32,000 bases of DNA from Pirellula staleyi DSM 6068 (GCA_000025185.1 CP001848.1:1800001-1832000); one strand, 5' to 3'; counted from the stretch's first letter, positions 18,227 through 27,235 are shown. The notes: generated by a model not told the origin, from the letters alone. A program made the numbers and translations.

Positions 18227-19648
18227 GTGATGGGGTTCATGCAGTCTCGTATCGAGTGGCTAAAGACGCTGGCGAAGAATCGTCGCTACCAGGACATCGC
18301 GGGTCTGCTTGCGCTCGTGTTGGTGCTGCTCGTAATGTCGTGGCGACTTTACAGCCACGCGCAAACAGAGGGGCCAGCGCAGCTCGACCACTGGGCGCTC
18401 GCCAGCTATCGCGACGCGATCTACTACCCGATTCGCGCCGTTCTCGAGGGGGTGAATCCGTACGAAAGTCGTCGCGAGTCGGCCGAACAGTACATGCAGC
18501 GCTACGACGTGGGGAGTCATTTTCCCCTCTATTCTCCGCTGCTGCTCGCGCTCATGTTTCCGCTCGGACTCCTGCCTTACGGCGCGAGTATGCTGGCGTT
18601 CTTCGTACTCAATCTCGGCCTGCTACTGCTCCTCGCTTATCTTTCGCTCCGCTCGTGCCAGTTGCCGATTACGCTCGGAACTCTGTGCGGACTAGCGGCA
18701 GCGATCACAGCTTCGCAGCCTGGTCGAGGGAACTTCAACGCTGGGCAGGCGATCTTGCTCCTCGCTTGTGCCGCAGCAGTGGCGCTCGGAATGTCGCAGC
18801 AGCGCTGGGCGCGAATCCTCTCCGTGGCACTCCTCACGGTGAAGCCGACGATCGGTGGACCGCTCGGGCTCTTGCTCCTAGCGCGGCGCGAGTACCTCGT
18901 GGCGATCGCGGGACTTGGTGTCGGCGGAATTGTGGGTGGGCTGTTGATGGGAGCGATTTTTGCCCGCAGCGGCGACCTGACCTACAGCCGCGCAACCGCT
19001 GTGATTCAAGGGAATTTGAGCCATTTTCAAGACGATCCGGAGCATCGCTACGCTCATACGTGCCACCTCGATCTTGCGAGTGTGATTCCCAAACTGATTG
19101 GACGAGAGCTGCCTGCAGGGACCGGATTATTTATTGCTGCTCTCGTGCTGCTGACCACCGGCGCGGTTTTGTGGTATGCCACACGCGATCGTGCCGCGTT
19201 GCCAGCGCTACACGAATCACCCGCCAGTTTGTCGAGCGCGCTGGTGGTCGTGGCGATGTTCGTTTGCGTCTATCACCTCGTCTACGACGCCCTTTTGCTC
19301 GTCACGCCGATCCTGGCCGCGAGCTTTTCGGCTCACGAGAGCTGGCAGCGGATCGGCAAGCGAGTGCGCTGGAGCGCCGCGCTACTGATGCTGGTACCGA
19401 TGGTGAATATCTTCTTCAGCGAAGGTTTCACGCGGCTGATGCAGCGGTTCTCGATTCCCTTTGGTCCCGACACGGGGCTGCTAGGTGACGGGCTCTTTCG
19501 ACTCGCTCTCACCGGCAACGGACTGGCACTGCTGGCCTGCTGGATTTTGCTGCTGTGGGGCGCGCTACGGCACCGGAAGGTTTCGCCCGAAGCGCGAGCT
19601 GAGCCAGTCTTGCGCCAGAGACCACTAGAACTGATCGCGGGAAACTAA
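18227..19648 (+). CDS. Polytopic membrane protein, DUF2029/GT87-like (GT-C fold) putative polyprenyl-phosphate-sugar-dependent glycosyltransferase
   Basis: 473 aa with many TM segments. The N-terminal loop YRDAIYYPIRAVLEGVNPY...FPLYSPLLLAL resembles GT87/DUF2029 proteins. Start lies somewhere in 18227-18239 (GTG/ATG/ATG). Function tentative. Confidence 0.6.
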   Translation: MMGFMQSRIEWLKTLAKNRRYQDIAGLLALVLVLLVMSWRLYSHAQTEGPAQLDHWALASYRDAIYYPIRAVLEGVNPYESRRESAEQYMQRYDVGSHFPLYSPLLLALMFPLGLLPYGASMLAFFVLNLGLLLLLAYLSLRSCQLPITLGTLCGLAAAITASQPGRGNFNAGQAILLLACAAAVALGMSQQRWARILSVALLTVKPTIGGPLGLLLLARREYLVAIAGLGVGGIVGGLLMGAIFARSGDLTYSRATAVIQGNLSHFQDDPEHRYAHTCHLDLASVIPKLIGRELPAGTGLFIAALVLLTTGAVLWYATRDRAALPALHESPASLSSALVVVAMFVCVYHLVYDALLLVTPILAASFSAHESWQRIGKRVRWSAALLMLVPMVNIFFSEGFTRLMQRFSIPFGPDTGLLGDGLFRLALTGNGLALLACWILLLWGALRHRKVSPEARAEPVLRQRPLELIAGN

Positions 19649-19649
19649 C

Positions 19650-21119
19650 GTGACCACCACGGTCCAACCGACCACCGAACCATCAGCAGCGCGAGGGAGA
19701 CTCGGCGCGCTGTGGGTGGTTGGTGCGCGCGTGGTAGGAATCGGCGCAACACTCGGCGGCAATATTTTAGCTGCGCGATTGCTAGGACCAGCCGAGTTTG
19801 GTGTCTATCTGGTGCTGAGCACGATCGTGGCTTTCGGCAGCATCTTGGCGATGGGGGGGCTCAACGAAGCAGGGCTGCGACTCCTCGGCGAATCGCTGGC
19901 TTTGGGAGATGGAGCGAGTGCTCGCCAGGTTTTGCGACGGGTGCTCAAGCTCGGGCTCGTCACCTCGCTGGTGGCAGCTGTTGTCGTGAGCTGCGCTGCT
20001 GCGTGGGTTGGTCCGCTGCCGCTGGTCGTGCGTCAATCGCTCCTGGCGCTTGTGCTGCTGGGAGTTGCGATGATCGCCCTCGGATGGCAACAGCTGAGCG
20101 CGGAACTGCTGCGTGGGCTCGGTGATTTGCGACTCGCAAGTCTGTTCTCGGGAGGGCAAACCGGGGGTCCGATCAGTAATCTGCTGTTCCTCGCGACCAC
20201 GAGCACACTGCTTCTCTGCGGCGCGAGCCTTTCAGCGTCCGAACTTCTGGGAGTGATGACCGCGTCGATCTTGGCGACTCTTCCGCTCGCACTAGTCGGC
20301 CTGCTGTGGATCGCGCGCCGCGAATTGGCTCAGGTCGAAGCGAGCGCTAAGAACAACGACACGAATAGCGCCGCTGCACGCGATAGCGCCGCGGCGCTAC
20401 TGTCGATCACTGGCATCTTGCTGGTGATTCAGATCCTGAACTTTTTTAACTACCAGCTCGATATGTGGCTCGCGGGCATAACGCTTTCGGAAGTCGAGGT
20501 CGGACTGTTTGGTGTTGCCAAACGGAGCATGCTGCTGGCGCAAATGCCGGTGCAAATGGCGATGTATGCCACGATGGGACAGCTCCCCCGACTCTTTGCA
20601 CAAGGCGAGACGCGCGAGCTCGAAGCGGTGGTGCGCAGCAGCAGTAGCTGGGCAGCAATCCCGTCGCTCGCAGCACTCGCGCTCCTTTTGCTCTTTCCGA
20701 CGAGCATCCTCACTCTGGTGTTTGGTGGTTCGTTTCGCGATGCCGCTGTCATTCTCTGGCCCCTGGCGATCGGCGCAGCGGCGCTCGTGCTCGCGGGGAA
20801 TCCGACCTACGTCCTGGTGATGATGGGGCGCCAGCGCGAAGTGCTGATCGTCCATTTGCTCGCCACCTTGCTCCTCGCCGCGGGTGGCTACTACGGCGCG
20901 AGCACCTACGGCGCAGTCGGTTTGGCCCTCGCGGCCAGCGCGAGTGTGACCTTTCAAAATGGTCTCCTGTGGTGGCTCGCGCGGCAGCAGGCCGGCATTT
21001 GGACCCATCCTGGAAAGTTGCGTTTTTCCCTTGGAAAAACAAGCATTCCGGCGCGCACTGAAGTTCGCAGCGACACCGAATCAAACATCGCTCCCCTCTC
21101 CCGTCAACCGACGCACTAG
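19650..21119 (+). CDS. Wzx-like oligosaccharide flippase (MOP superfamily polysaccharide biosynthesis protein)
   Basis: 489-aa polytopic protein. N-terminal ARLLGPAEFGVY motif is typical of Wzx-type proteins. GTG start one nt after the previous stop. Confidence 0.75.
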   Translation: MTTTVQPTTEPSAARGRLGALWVVGARVVGIGATLGGNILAARLLGPAEFGVYLVLSTIVAFGSILAMGGLNEAGLRLLGESLALGDGASARQVLRRVLKLGLVTSLVAAVVVSCAAAWVGPLPLVVRQSLLALVLLGVAMIALGWQQLSAELLRGLGDLRLASLFSGGQTGGPISNLLFLATTSTLLLCGASLSASELLGVMTASILATLPLALVGLLWIARRELAQVEASAKNNDTNSAAARDSAAALLSITGILLVIQILNFFNYQLDMWLAGITLSEVEVGLFGVAKRSMLLAQMPVQMAMYATMGQLPRLFAQGETRELEAVVRSSSSWAAIPSLAALALLLLFPTSILTLVFGGSFRDAAVILWPLAIGAAALVLAGNPTYVLVMMGRQREVLIVHLLATLLLAAGGYYGASTYGAVGLALAASASVTFQNGLLWWLARQQAGIWTHPGKLRFSLGKTSIPARTEVRSDTESNIAPLSRQPTH

Positions 21120-21137
21120 GTCGTAAGCATCTGTCTC

Positions 21138-22556
21138 ATGGCGACAATTCCAACGCAGCACGATCCTCCTCTAGCGCACCTGTGGTGGCTTGCGCCGGTC
21201 TGGCCGTTTGTCGGGATCGTGGCGTCGACGATGATCGCCGCGTGGCTGCAAAGTGATGAAGCGTTTCTGATCTACGGCGCTCCCAAGTACATCCGGACTG
21301 AACATCTCTATCTCGCGGCGGCGGTGATCGGGATGTTCTCGCTCGGCTGTTATCTCGCCTCCGGTTCGCCCGCCGCGCGAGCGAGCCTGTTCCTTCCACT
21401 CCTCCGCTCGCGCGGCGCGCACGAACTCCAAGCGGCCGATGCCCGCGAGCGAACGATCGACACCATCGCTTATCGCTGGTTCCTGCTGGCGACGCTCCTC
21501 ACACTCGTCGGCTATGCCGCGTGGCTAGCGGTGGGACTGAAGAACGGTTTCCGCCCTGCGATGTTCCTCGACATCTTGCGTGGCAGCGAGGAGATGAATG
21601 GCGACGTGCTGCGGCGCGACTATTTTCCCACCATCCCCGGGGTCACCACCTGCACCCAGTTCGGCGTTCCCGCGACGCTGCTCGGAGCCTGGCTCTTTTT
21701 GCGCGGGCAGACATCGATCCTCTGGCCGCTGCTGGGACTCGCGGGAATTTCGGTGCTCCGCGCGATCGGCTTTAACGAACGCTCGGCGCTACTCGAGCTC
21801 ATTTTCCCATCGATGTTCATTGTCATGCGGATGTGGATGCTGGGATGGCCGATGCCAGCGCGCTGGCAGCAATTGCTTCGCATCGCGCCGATCGTCTCCC
21901 CGATCTTACTCGTGCTTTTCTTCGGGGGATTTGAGTATTTTCGTTCGTGGCGCTACTACCAAGATCAGTTCGACTCCTATGCCGAGTTCACCGTCTGGCG
22001 ACTCTCGGGCTACTTCACCACCGCGCATAACAACGGCGCGATGGGGTATGAAAAAGGGCATCCACGCCCCCTGCCGTTCTACGTCCTCAAGCCCTACTGG
22101 GAGTTCCCGCTCGTCGAGCATTCTCCCTTCGGCTACGAGCAGCTGACCGGCTACAAGATCGAAGAGCAGCACATGGCGATGCTCGCCAATCATGGCACCG
22201 ACGAGCTCAACAACGAAGGTGGCATGTTTCAGCCGACGCTCGATTTGGGGCTCGCTGGCGGACTCCTCTACTGGCTCGGTTACGGGGCGGTGTCGCAGTT
22301 GCTTTACCGGCGTTTTGTGCGTGGCACGCTGCTGGGGATCACCCTCTACCCGATCTTTTACATGGCGCTGCTCGAGACGCCGCTGATTTTATTTTTGTGT
22401 CATCCGCGCATCTTCCCGGCGCTGGTGACCCTCGTGGCGGTTGCTGCGCATGTGACCTGGGCTCTCAGTAGTCCGCGCGAAACGCAGCCTGCCAGTGAAC
22501 TACTGAATCGTGTGCATGCTGGCGAATCGTCGCTCGCTGCTGGAGAGAGAAATTGA
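21138..22556 (+). CDS. Polytopic membrane protein, candidate repeat-unit polymerase (Wzy-like) or ligase; function unassigned
   Basis: 472 aa. Multiple TM segments and one large hydrophilic loop (RYYQDQFDSYAEF...NNEGGMFQP). I recognised no family motif. It sits between the flippase and GT4, and its stop overlaps the GT4 start (ATGA at 22553). Confidence 0.45.
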   Translation: MATIPTQHDPPLAHLWWLAPVWPFVGIVASTMIAAWLQSDEAFLIYGAPKYIRTEHLYLAAAVIGMFSLGCYLASGSPAARASLFLPLLRSRGAHELQAADARERTIDTIAYRWFLLATLLTLVGYAAWLAVGLKNGFRPAMFLDILRGSEEMNGDVLRRDYFPTIPGVTTCTQFGVPATLLGAWLFLRGQTSILWPLLGLAGISVLRAIGFNERSALLELIFPSMFIVMRMWMLGWPMPARWQQLLRIAPIVSPILLVLFFGGFEYFRSWRYYQDQFDSYAEFTVWRLSGYFTTAHNNGAMGYEKGHPRPLPFYVLKPYWEFPLVEHSPFGYEQLTGYKIEEQHMAMLANHGTDELNNEGGMFQPTLDLGLAGGLLYWLGYGAVSQLLYRRFVRGTLLGITLYPIFYMALLETPLILFLCHPRIFPALVTLVAVAAHVTWALSSPRETQPASELLNRVHAGESSLAAGERN

Positions 22557-23764
22557 TGAACGCTCTCGTTGCTATGGGCCCCCCGATGTCGGAACTCAAT
22601 CGCAGTTTAACCCTAAGTGCAGCCGATCGACCGCTGCGCGTGATGCTGGTGACACAGGCTTCGGGCGGAGGAGTGGGGCGGCATTTTCTCGATCTGGCCG
22701 AAGGACTTTCAGCAGCCGGGGCCGAGGTGGTGGGCGTTTATGCGCCTCGCAAAATCGATCAGCAGTTTCGCAGGCGACTCGCCAGTCCCGCCCTCCCGAC
22801 GATGATCGAAATGCCGATGCATCGCGCCATTCATCCGCTCGATGGGGTCGATGTCTGGAAACTGGCGCAGCTGATTCGTCAGCATGGTCCGTTTGATGTG
22901 GTGCATGGTCACAGCAGCAAAGGAGGAGCGCTCGCGCGACTCGCTGCGCGGTGGATGAATGTCCCCTCGGTCTACACCCCCAATGCGTTCGTCACGCTCG
23001 ACCCGTCGCTCTCCAAGCTGAAGCGAAAAATGTACGGCATGATCGAAACGTGGCTCGCCAAACGGACGGCGTCGATCATTGCGGTGTCGTACGACGAACA
23101 GCGTCACGCCGAAGAGCACCTCGGGATTCGGAGCGAGCTGATGACCGTGATTCCCAACGGAATTTCACCCCCCGCGTTTCCCGATCGACAAGCGACCCGC
23201 AATCGGCTCGGACTACGCGACGACGAAGTGGTCATCGGTTTCATCGGACGCCTCGCGCATCAGAAAGCTCCCGATGTGATGCTCGACACCATGGCGCTGC
23301 TGGCCGATGTTCCCAACGTCAAGCTCGTGATGGTCGGGAGTGGTCCCGACGAAGAGGCTGTCAAAGCGCAGCTCGCGCGATTGCAGCTGCAAGACCGGGT
23401 GCTGATGCTCGGCGATGTGGTCGGGCTCGAGCACTTCCCGGCGTTCGATCTCTTCTGCCTCTCGAGTCGCTACGAAGGGATGCCGTACGTGTTGCTCGAA
23501 GCACTCGCGGCCGGTTTGCCGATCGTTTCGACGCGCGTCGAAGGGGTCACGATGACGGTCGAGCCGGAAGTGAATGGCCTGATTGTCGAGCGCGATCGGC
23601 CCGCTGAACTCGCCGCTGCGCTGCGCCGCGTCGTCACTGAAGCGCAGTTGCGGAGCCAGTTTGCAGCAGGTTCACTCGCGCGTGCCAAGCGTTTCACGCT
23701 CGACGCCATGGTCGACTCCACGATGCAGCTCTATCGCCGCGTGATCGCAGAGTCGGCCCGGTAA
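22553..23764 (+). CDS. Family 4 (GT-B, group 1) glycosyltransferase
   Basis: 403 aa. N-terminal LRVMLVTQASGGGVGRH. C-terminal SRYEGMPYVLLEALAAGLPIV (E-x7-E region). Confidence 0.85.
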   Translation: MMNALVAMGPPMSELNRSLTLSAADRPLRVMLVTQASGGGVGRHFLDLAEGLSAAGAEVVGVYAPRKIDQQFRRRLASPALPTMIEMPMHRAIHPLDGVDVWKLAQLIRQHGPFDVVHGHSSKGGALARLAARWMNVPSVYTPNAFVTLDPSLSKLKRKMYGMIETWLAKRTASIIAVSYDEQRHAEEHLGIRSELMTVIPNGISPPAFPDRQATRNRLGLRDDEVVIGFIGRLAHQKAPDVMLDTMALLADVPNVKLVMVGSGPDEEAVKAQLARLQLQDRVLMLGDVVGLEHFPAFDLFCLSSRYEGMPYVLLEALAAGLPIVSTRVEGVTMTVEPEVNGLIVERDRPAELAAALRRVVTEAQLRSQFAAGSLARAKRFTLDAMVDSTMQLYRRVIAESAR

Positions 23765-23797
23765 TGCGGCGTGCTGACCTGCTAGAGCGCGACCCAA

Positions 23798-24799
23798 TTA
23801 GCTCGGCAATTTCAGCTTGCGCTCGGTGATCGCCGGGCGACAATGCTCGCGGCTGTAGCCATAGGTGGCTTCCGAAAGCCCCAAGTCCCACGGTGTCGCG
23901 CCGACCCATTTCGACTCGCGACCTGTCAGCTCGATCAGTCCCTGGTCGAAGTTGATGGTGACTGTTGCCCACAGCGGTTTCTCGTACGGGCAGACATGCG
24001 AGAGATACTTGTGCTCTGCATGGATCTCGTCGCTGTACGACTTGTGCGGCTTGTTGACCCACACGTACGACGCGCTGTTGAGCTGGATGTAAGCAATCCC
24101 GTCGGTCTCGAGCAGATAGTCGGCGTGGATGTGCCCCGAGAAGACGGCCATCACTTTTCGAAAACCGGCAGCGTCGTTGGCCTGCTTCAGCACCGCGCGA
24201 ATGTCGGCTGCATTGGTGCAAACTTTGTCAAACGCATCGAACGGTTGATGGACGGCAATCAGGGTGGGGAGTTTCGTTTGCGCAAGATCGTCGGCGAGCC
24301 ACTTCAGCTGATCGGCTGCGATATAGCGCTGGTACCCTTTCGTCTTGCCGTCGGGATCGTTCGCATCGAGCACGACGAAGTGAATGCCACTGTGATCGAA
24401 GCTGTAGTAGCGCGCGGGCATCTTATAAAATTCAACCGTTTGCTCGCGCTTGTACCCTCCATCCATGTCGTGATTCCCGAGGACATGAAAGCGCGGACCC
24501 GCGAACTTGTTCCAAGCATCGAGGAACGGCTGATTGGCTGGCTTCGGGACGCAGAAATCCCCTAGGTTGAGCACCAGATCGGCCCGCTTCGTGTTCATGT
24601 CGTCGACAAAAGCGGTGATTCGCTCGGTGGCATCATGCATGATGTCCTGATGCACATCGGTGATCATGCCGATGGTAAGTTTACCGCTCGCAGGTTGGTC
24701 TTCGCTCGCTCGCAGTAGCGCGGGAGCATGGATCGCGCCGACGGCCAGGCTGGTGGTGAGGGCCAGAGATGTTTGCAAGAACTCGCGGCGCGTGGTCAT
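23798..24799 (-). CDS. Tat-exported metallophosphoesterase (calcineurin-like)
   Basis: 333 aa. Twin-arginine signal MTTRREFLQTSLAL. Motifs DVHQD, GDFC, GNHD, GHIHAD. Confidence 0.85.
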   Translation of the reverse strand: MTTRREFLQTSLALTTSLAVGAIHAPALLRASEDQPASGKLTIGMITDVHQDIMHDATERITAFVDDMNTKRADLVLNLGDFCVPKPANQPFLDAWNKFAGPRFHVLGNHDMDGGYKREQTVEFYKMPARYYSFDHSGIHFVVLDANDPDGKTKGYQRYIAADQLKWLADDLAQTKLPTLIAVHQPFDAFDKVCTNAADIRAVLKQANDAAGFRKVMAVFSGHIHADYLLETDGIAYIQLNSASYVWVNKPHKSYSDEIHAEHKYLSHVCPYEKPLWATVTINFDQGLIELTGRESKWVGATPWDLGLSEATYGYSREHCRPAITERKLKLPS

Positions 24800-24943
24800 G
24801 GCGATGCTGCTTTCTCGAGCAACGAGGAACGCTTGGGGAGTGAACTTTCGAGGTCGATTGTTGTCTACCCAGTTGTCGCTGTCGAGAAGAAGCTAGCGCC
24901 GTCAAGCTTCGGTAACAACGTGTGCAGCACAGGAGTGAGCGGG

Positions 24944-25372
24944 ATGCTGGAAGTGCAATATTCGCTCGAGCCGCAACTAACGGCCGAGGAGTTCATCGAT
25001 CTTCTCGCGCGCTCGACTTTGGCCGAGCGCCGACCGATCCACGATCGGGATTGCATCGAGCGGATGCTGCGCAATGCCAGTGTGATTTCCTGCGCGCGAG
25101 TCGAGGGGAAACTGGTCGGTGTGGCGCGCACGATCAGCGACTTCAGCTTCTGCGCCTACTTGTCGGACCTCGCGGTCGACGAGGCGTTTCAGCGGCGCGG
25201 CATCGGCAAGGGGCTGATGAGTCACACCCGCGCTGCCTGTGGCGAGCAAACAGCTCTCATCATCTTGGCGGCTCCCAAAGCGGTGAGCTACTACGCATCG
25301 ATCGGTCTTGCGCAGCATCCATCGTGCTGGGTGGTGCCGCGCGGCGAATCGCTACCCTGGGAGAGCCCGTAA
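24944..25372 (+). CDS. GNAT-family N-acetyltransferase
   Basis: Preferred start ATG 24944 (142 aa), with GGAG about 9 nt upstream. Acetyl-CoA motif FQRRGIGKGLM. The ORF-track start at 24728 overlaps the divergent gene and is unlikely. Confidence 0.8.
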   Translation: MLEVQYSLEPQLTAEEFIDLLARSTLAERRPIHDRDCIERMLRNASVISCARVEGKLVGVARTISDFSFCAYLSDLAVDEAFQRRGIGKGLMSHTRAACGEQTALIILAAPKAVSYYASIGLAQHPSCWVVPRGESLPWESP

Positions 25373-25396
25373 TCGCTACCCCAAAAACCTGCGCTC

Positions 25397-25942
25397 TTAT
25401 CGCTCGCGATCGGTGCCAAACAAAAGCCCAATCGCCAGGCAGAGTGCCACCAGGTACATCAGCCGATGGAGGCTGAGCCACGACGGGGGCTCGGTCGCAG
25501 CGGTGAGCAGCAGGTGCCGACGCCCAGTCTCCTCGAGTGGCACGAGCAAGAATCGGTAGTTGAGTCCCGCATTGGTGCCGTGAAAGGAAACCGGCTCAAG
25601 CACCGGCTGCTCGAGTTTCTCGGCGACCGATGCAAACGGCAACGGCCAGTGGGTCGCTTCTTCATCGCCGTCGTCTTCTTCGACCCCCGCCACCACCATG
25701 GGGGCCCCCTCGGGCGCCGATTGCACGATCATGGCCTGACAGCCGCCACGCTCGTTTTGCAAGCTGGCAATGCGGGTGAGAAGGGCGGGAACAGCGTCGC
25801 CGCTGGCCGACTTCAGCTGCTCGAGAATCGCCGCGTCGGGAGTCGCAATCGCGGCGGGGTTAGCGGCATAGCGCCCCCACACAAACGCGAAAATCGTGAG
25901 TAAAACGGCAAGGCCCCAGCCTGCCCTGCGAAGTGAGCTCAT
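25397..25942 (-). CDS. Hypothetical membrane protein: TM helix, ~130-aa extracytoplasmic domain, TM helix
   Basis: ORF 25397..25969. ATG at 25942 gives MSSLRRAGWGLAVLLTIFAFVW; GTG at 25969 is the alternative. C-terminal TM segment LMYLVALCLAIGLLF. GC3-rich codons on the minus strand. No recognisable domain. Confidence 0.55.
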   Translation of the reverse strand: MSSLRRAGWGLAVLLTIFAFVWGRYAANPAAIATPDAAILEQLKSASGDAVPALLTRIASLQNERGGCQAMIVQSAPEGAPMVVAGVEEDDGDEEATHWPLPFASVAEKLEQPVLEPVSFHGTNAGLNYRFLLVPLEETGRRHLLLTAATEPPSWLSLHRLMYLVALCLAIGLLFGTDRER

Positions 25943-26062
25943 GATCGATAGTCTATCACGCTGCAGCACGCATCGCTGAGGGGATCTCCGCTGCCTGGCC
26001 TAGTCCCTCACTGCCTTGCCAGGAGCTGAGAGTACGTTAAACTTAATCAAGTCCTCAATTGC

Positions 26063-26076
26063 TGTAAGTGCTTACA
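26063..26076. promoter_or_regulatory. LacI/CcpA(cre)-type palindrome TGTAAGTGCTTACA
   Basis: 6-2-6 inverted repeat. It is one base away from the ideal 14-bp palindrome TGTAAGCGCTTACA. It sits in an AT-rich patch of the divergent gap between the two-TM orphan and yebC. Confidence 0.3.
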
Positions 26077-26448
26077 CACTAAGGAAAATCGAACAGGTGT
26101 TTGCTGGCTAGCGAGTCGTTGTGGCAGAGCTAAGTCCACCCGCAGGGAGGGGCTTGGAAGCCTTGGGACAAGCATGCTACGGGCTAAGGTTGCTGCTCCT
26201 AGCTGCGTAGATGTTCAGGATTGCCTAGACTGCCAGGTCCACTGGCCATGCTGGGCTCGCAAATCGCCACTCGCTGGATTACATCGGCCCAGATCGGCCG
26301 CTACGATCTGGTTAACGGCTCTTCGCAGCCCACTAAGCGGCTCTGCTGGCTTTGGGGCCGCTGCACTCGCGGTGGCGGCTGCGACTCACTACTAACACCC
26401 TGCCCTGAATCCCTTCGAACATATTTCAGGACAATAAAGAGACTTGTC

Positions 26449-27177
26449 ATGGGACGAAATTTCGAGAATCGCAAGAACGCCATCTTCAAGACGGCAGCTC
26501 AGAAATCGAAGCTGTATTCAAAGTACGGCAAGCAGCTGTACGTCGTCGCCAAGAACGGTGTGGCCGATCCCGATGTCAATCCGGCGCTACGGAGCATGAT
26601 TGAAAAAGCGAAGCGCGATCAGGTTCCCGCGCATGTGATTGAGAAAGCGATTCAGAAGGCGCGCGGCGTGGGTGGCGAAGACTTTGTGTCGGCCCGCTAC
26701 GAAGGGTTTGGACCGGGTGGTTCGCTCGTGATCGTCGACTGCCTGACCGACAACAATCAGCGCACCATCTCGGAAGTTCGCAACTGCTTCACGAAGACCG
26801 GTTCGAAGATGGGCGCGAGCGGCTCCGTCGTCATGTCGTTCGATCACCTCGCCGTCCTCTCGTTCAAAGGGGATAACGAAGAGCAAGTGCTCGAAGCCTT
26901 GCTAGGAGCGGATGTCAACATCGACGAGATCGAAAGCAAAGATGGTCACCTGACGATTTTCGCCCCCGCAGGTGAGTTCTATAAAGCCAAGACCGCGCTC
27001 CTGGAAGCGTTTCCCAAAATCGAGCTCGATGCCCAGGAAATCACGTTCCTCGCGCAGACCAACAAGACCCTCAGCGCCGAAGACCTGCCGATGTTCGAGA
27101 AGCTGATCAATATGCTCAACGACTGCGACGATGTGCAGGACATCTATCACAACGTCGACCTCCCCATCTCGTCGTAG
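26449..27177 (+). CDS. yebC: YebC/PmpR-family DNA-binding transcriptional/translational regulator (YeeN-type N-terminus)
   Basis: Preferred start ATG 26449 (242 aa): MGRNFENRKNAIFKTAAQKSKLYSKYGKQLYVVAKNG..., then QVPAHVIEKAIQKA. The upstream part of ORF 26221.. is not protein-like. Confidence 0.9.
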   Translation: MGRNFENRKNAIFKTAAQKSKLYSKYGKQLYVVAKNGVADPDVNPALRSMIEKAKRDQVPAHVIEKAIQKARGVGGEDFVSARYEGFGPGGSLVIVDCLTDNNQRTISEVRNCFTKTGSKMGASGSVVMSFDHLAVLSFKGDNEEQVLEALLGADVNIDEIESKDGHLTIFAPAGEFYKAKTALLEAFPKIELDAQEITFLAQTNKTLSAEDLPMFEKLINMLNDCDDVQDIYHNVDLPISS

Positions 27178-27235
27178 AGTGTCGCTCGATCAGAGTCCCG
27201 CTCTGTAGCCGATGTGAAACCATCGTGGATCAAAC

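Noticed and set aside
18199-19488. 429-aa plus-strand ORF in an alternative frame over the GT-C-like gene
   Set aside because: The product is extremely Arg/Ala/Ser-rich with no TM segments or motifs. The overlapping frame starting at 18227 encodes a coherent polytopic membrane protein.
25970-26448. Possible RNase P RNA, tmRNA, 6S or SRP RNA in the long gap upstream of yebC
   Set aside because: I found no conserved core strings (for example GAGGAAAGUCC or ACAGAANCCGGCUUA of RNase P, or a tRNA-like GGTTCGAATCC T-arm). The long-range pairing I tried to build was weak. A covariance-model scan is still needed for a definitive answer.
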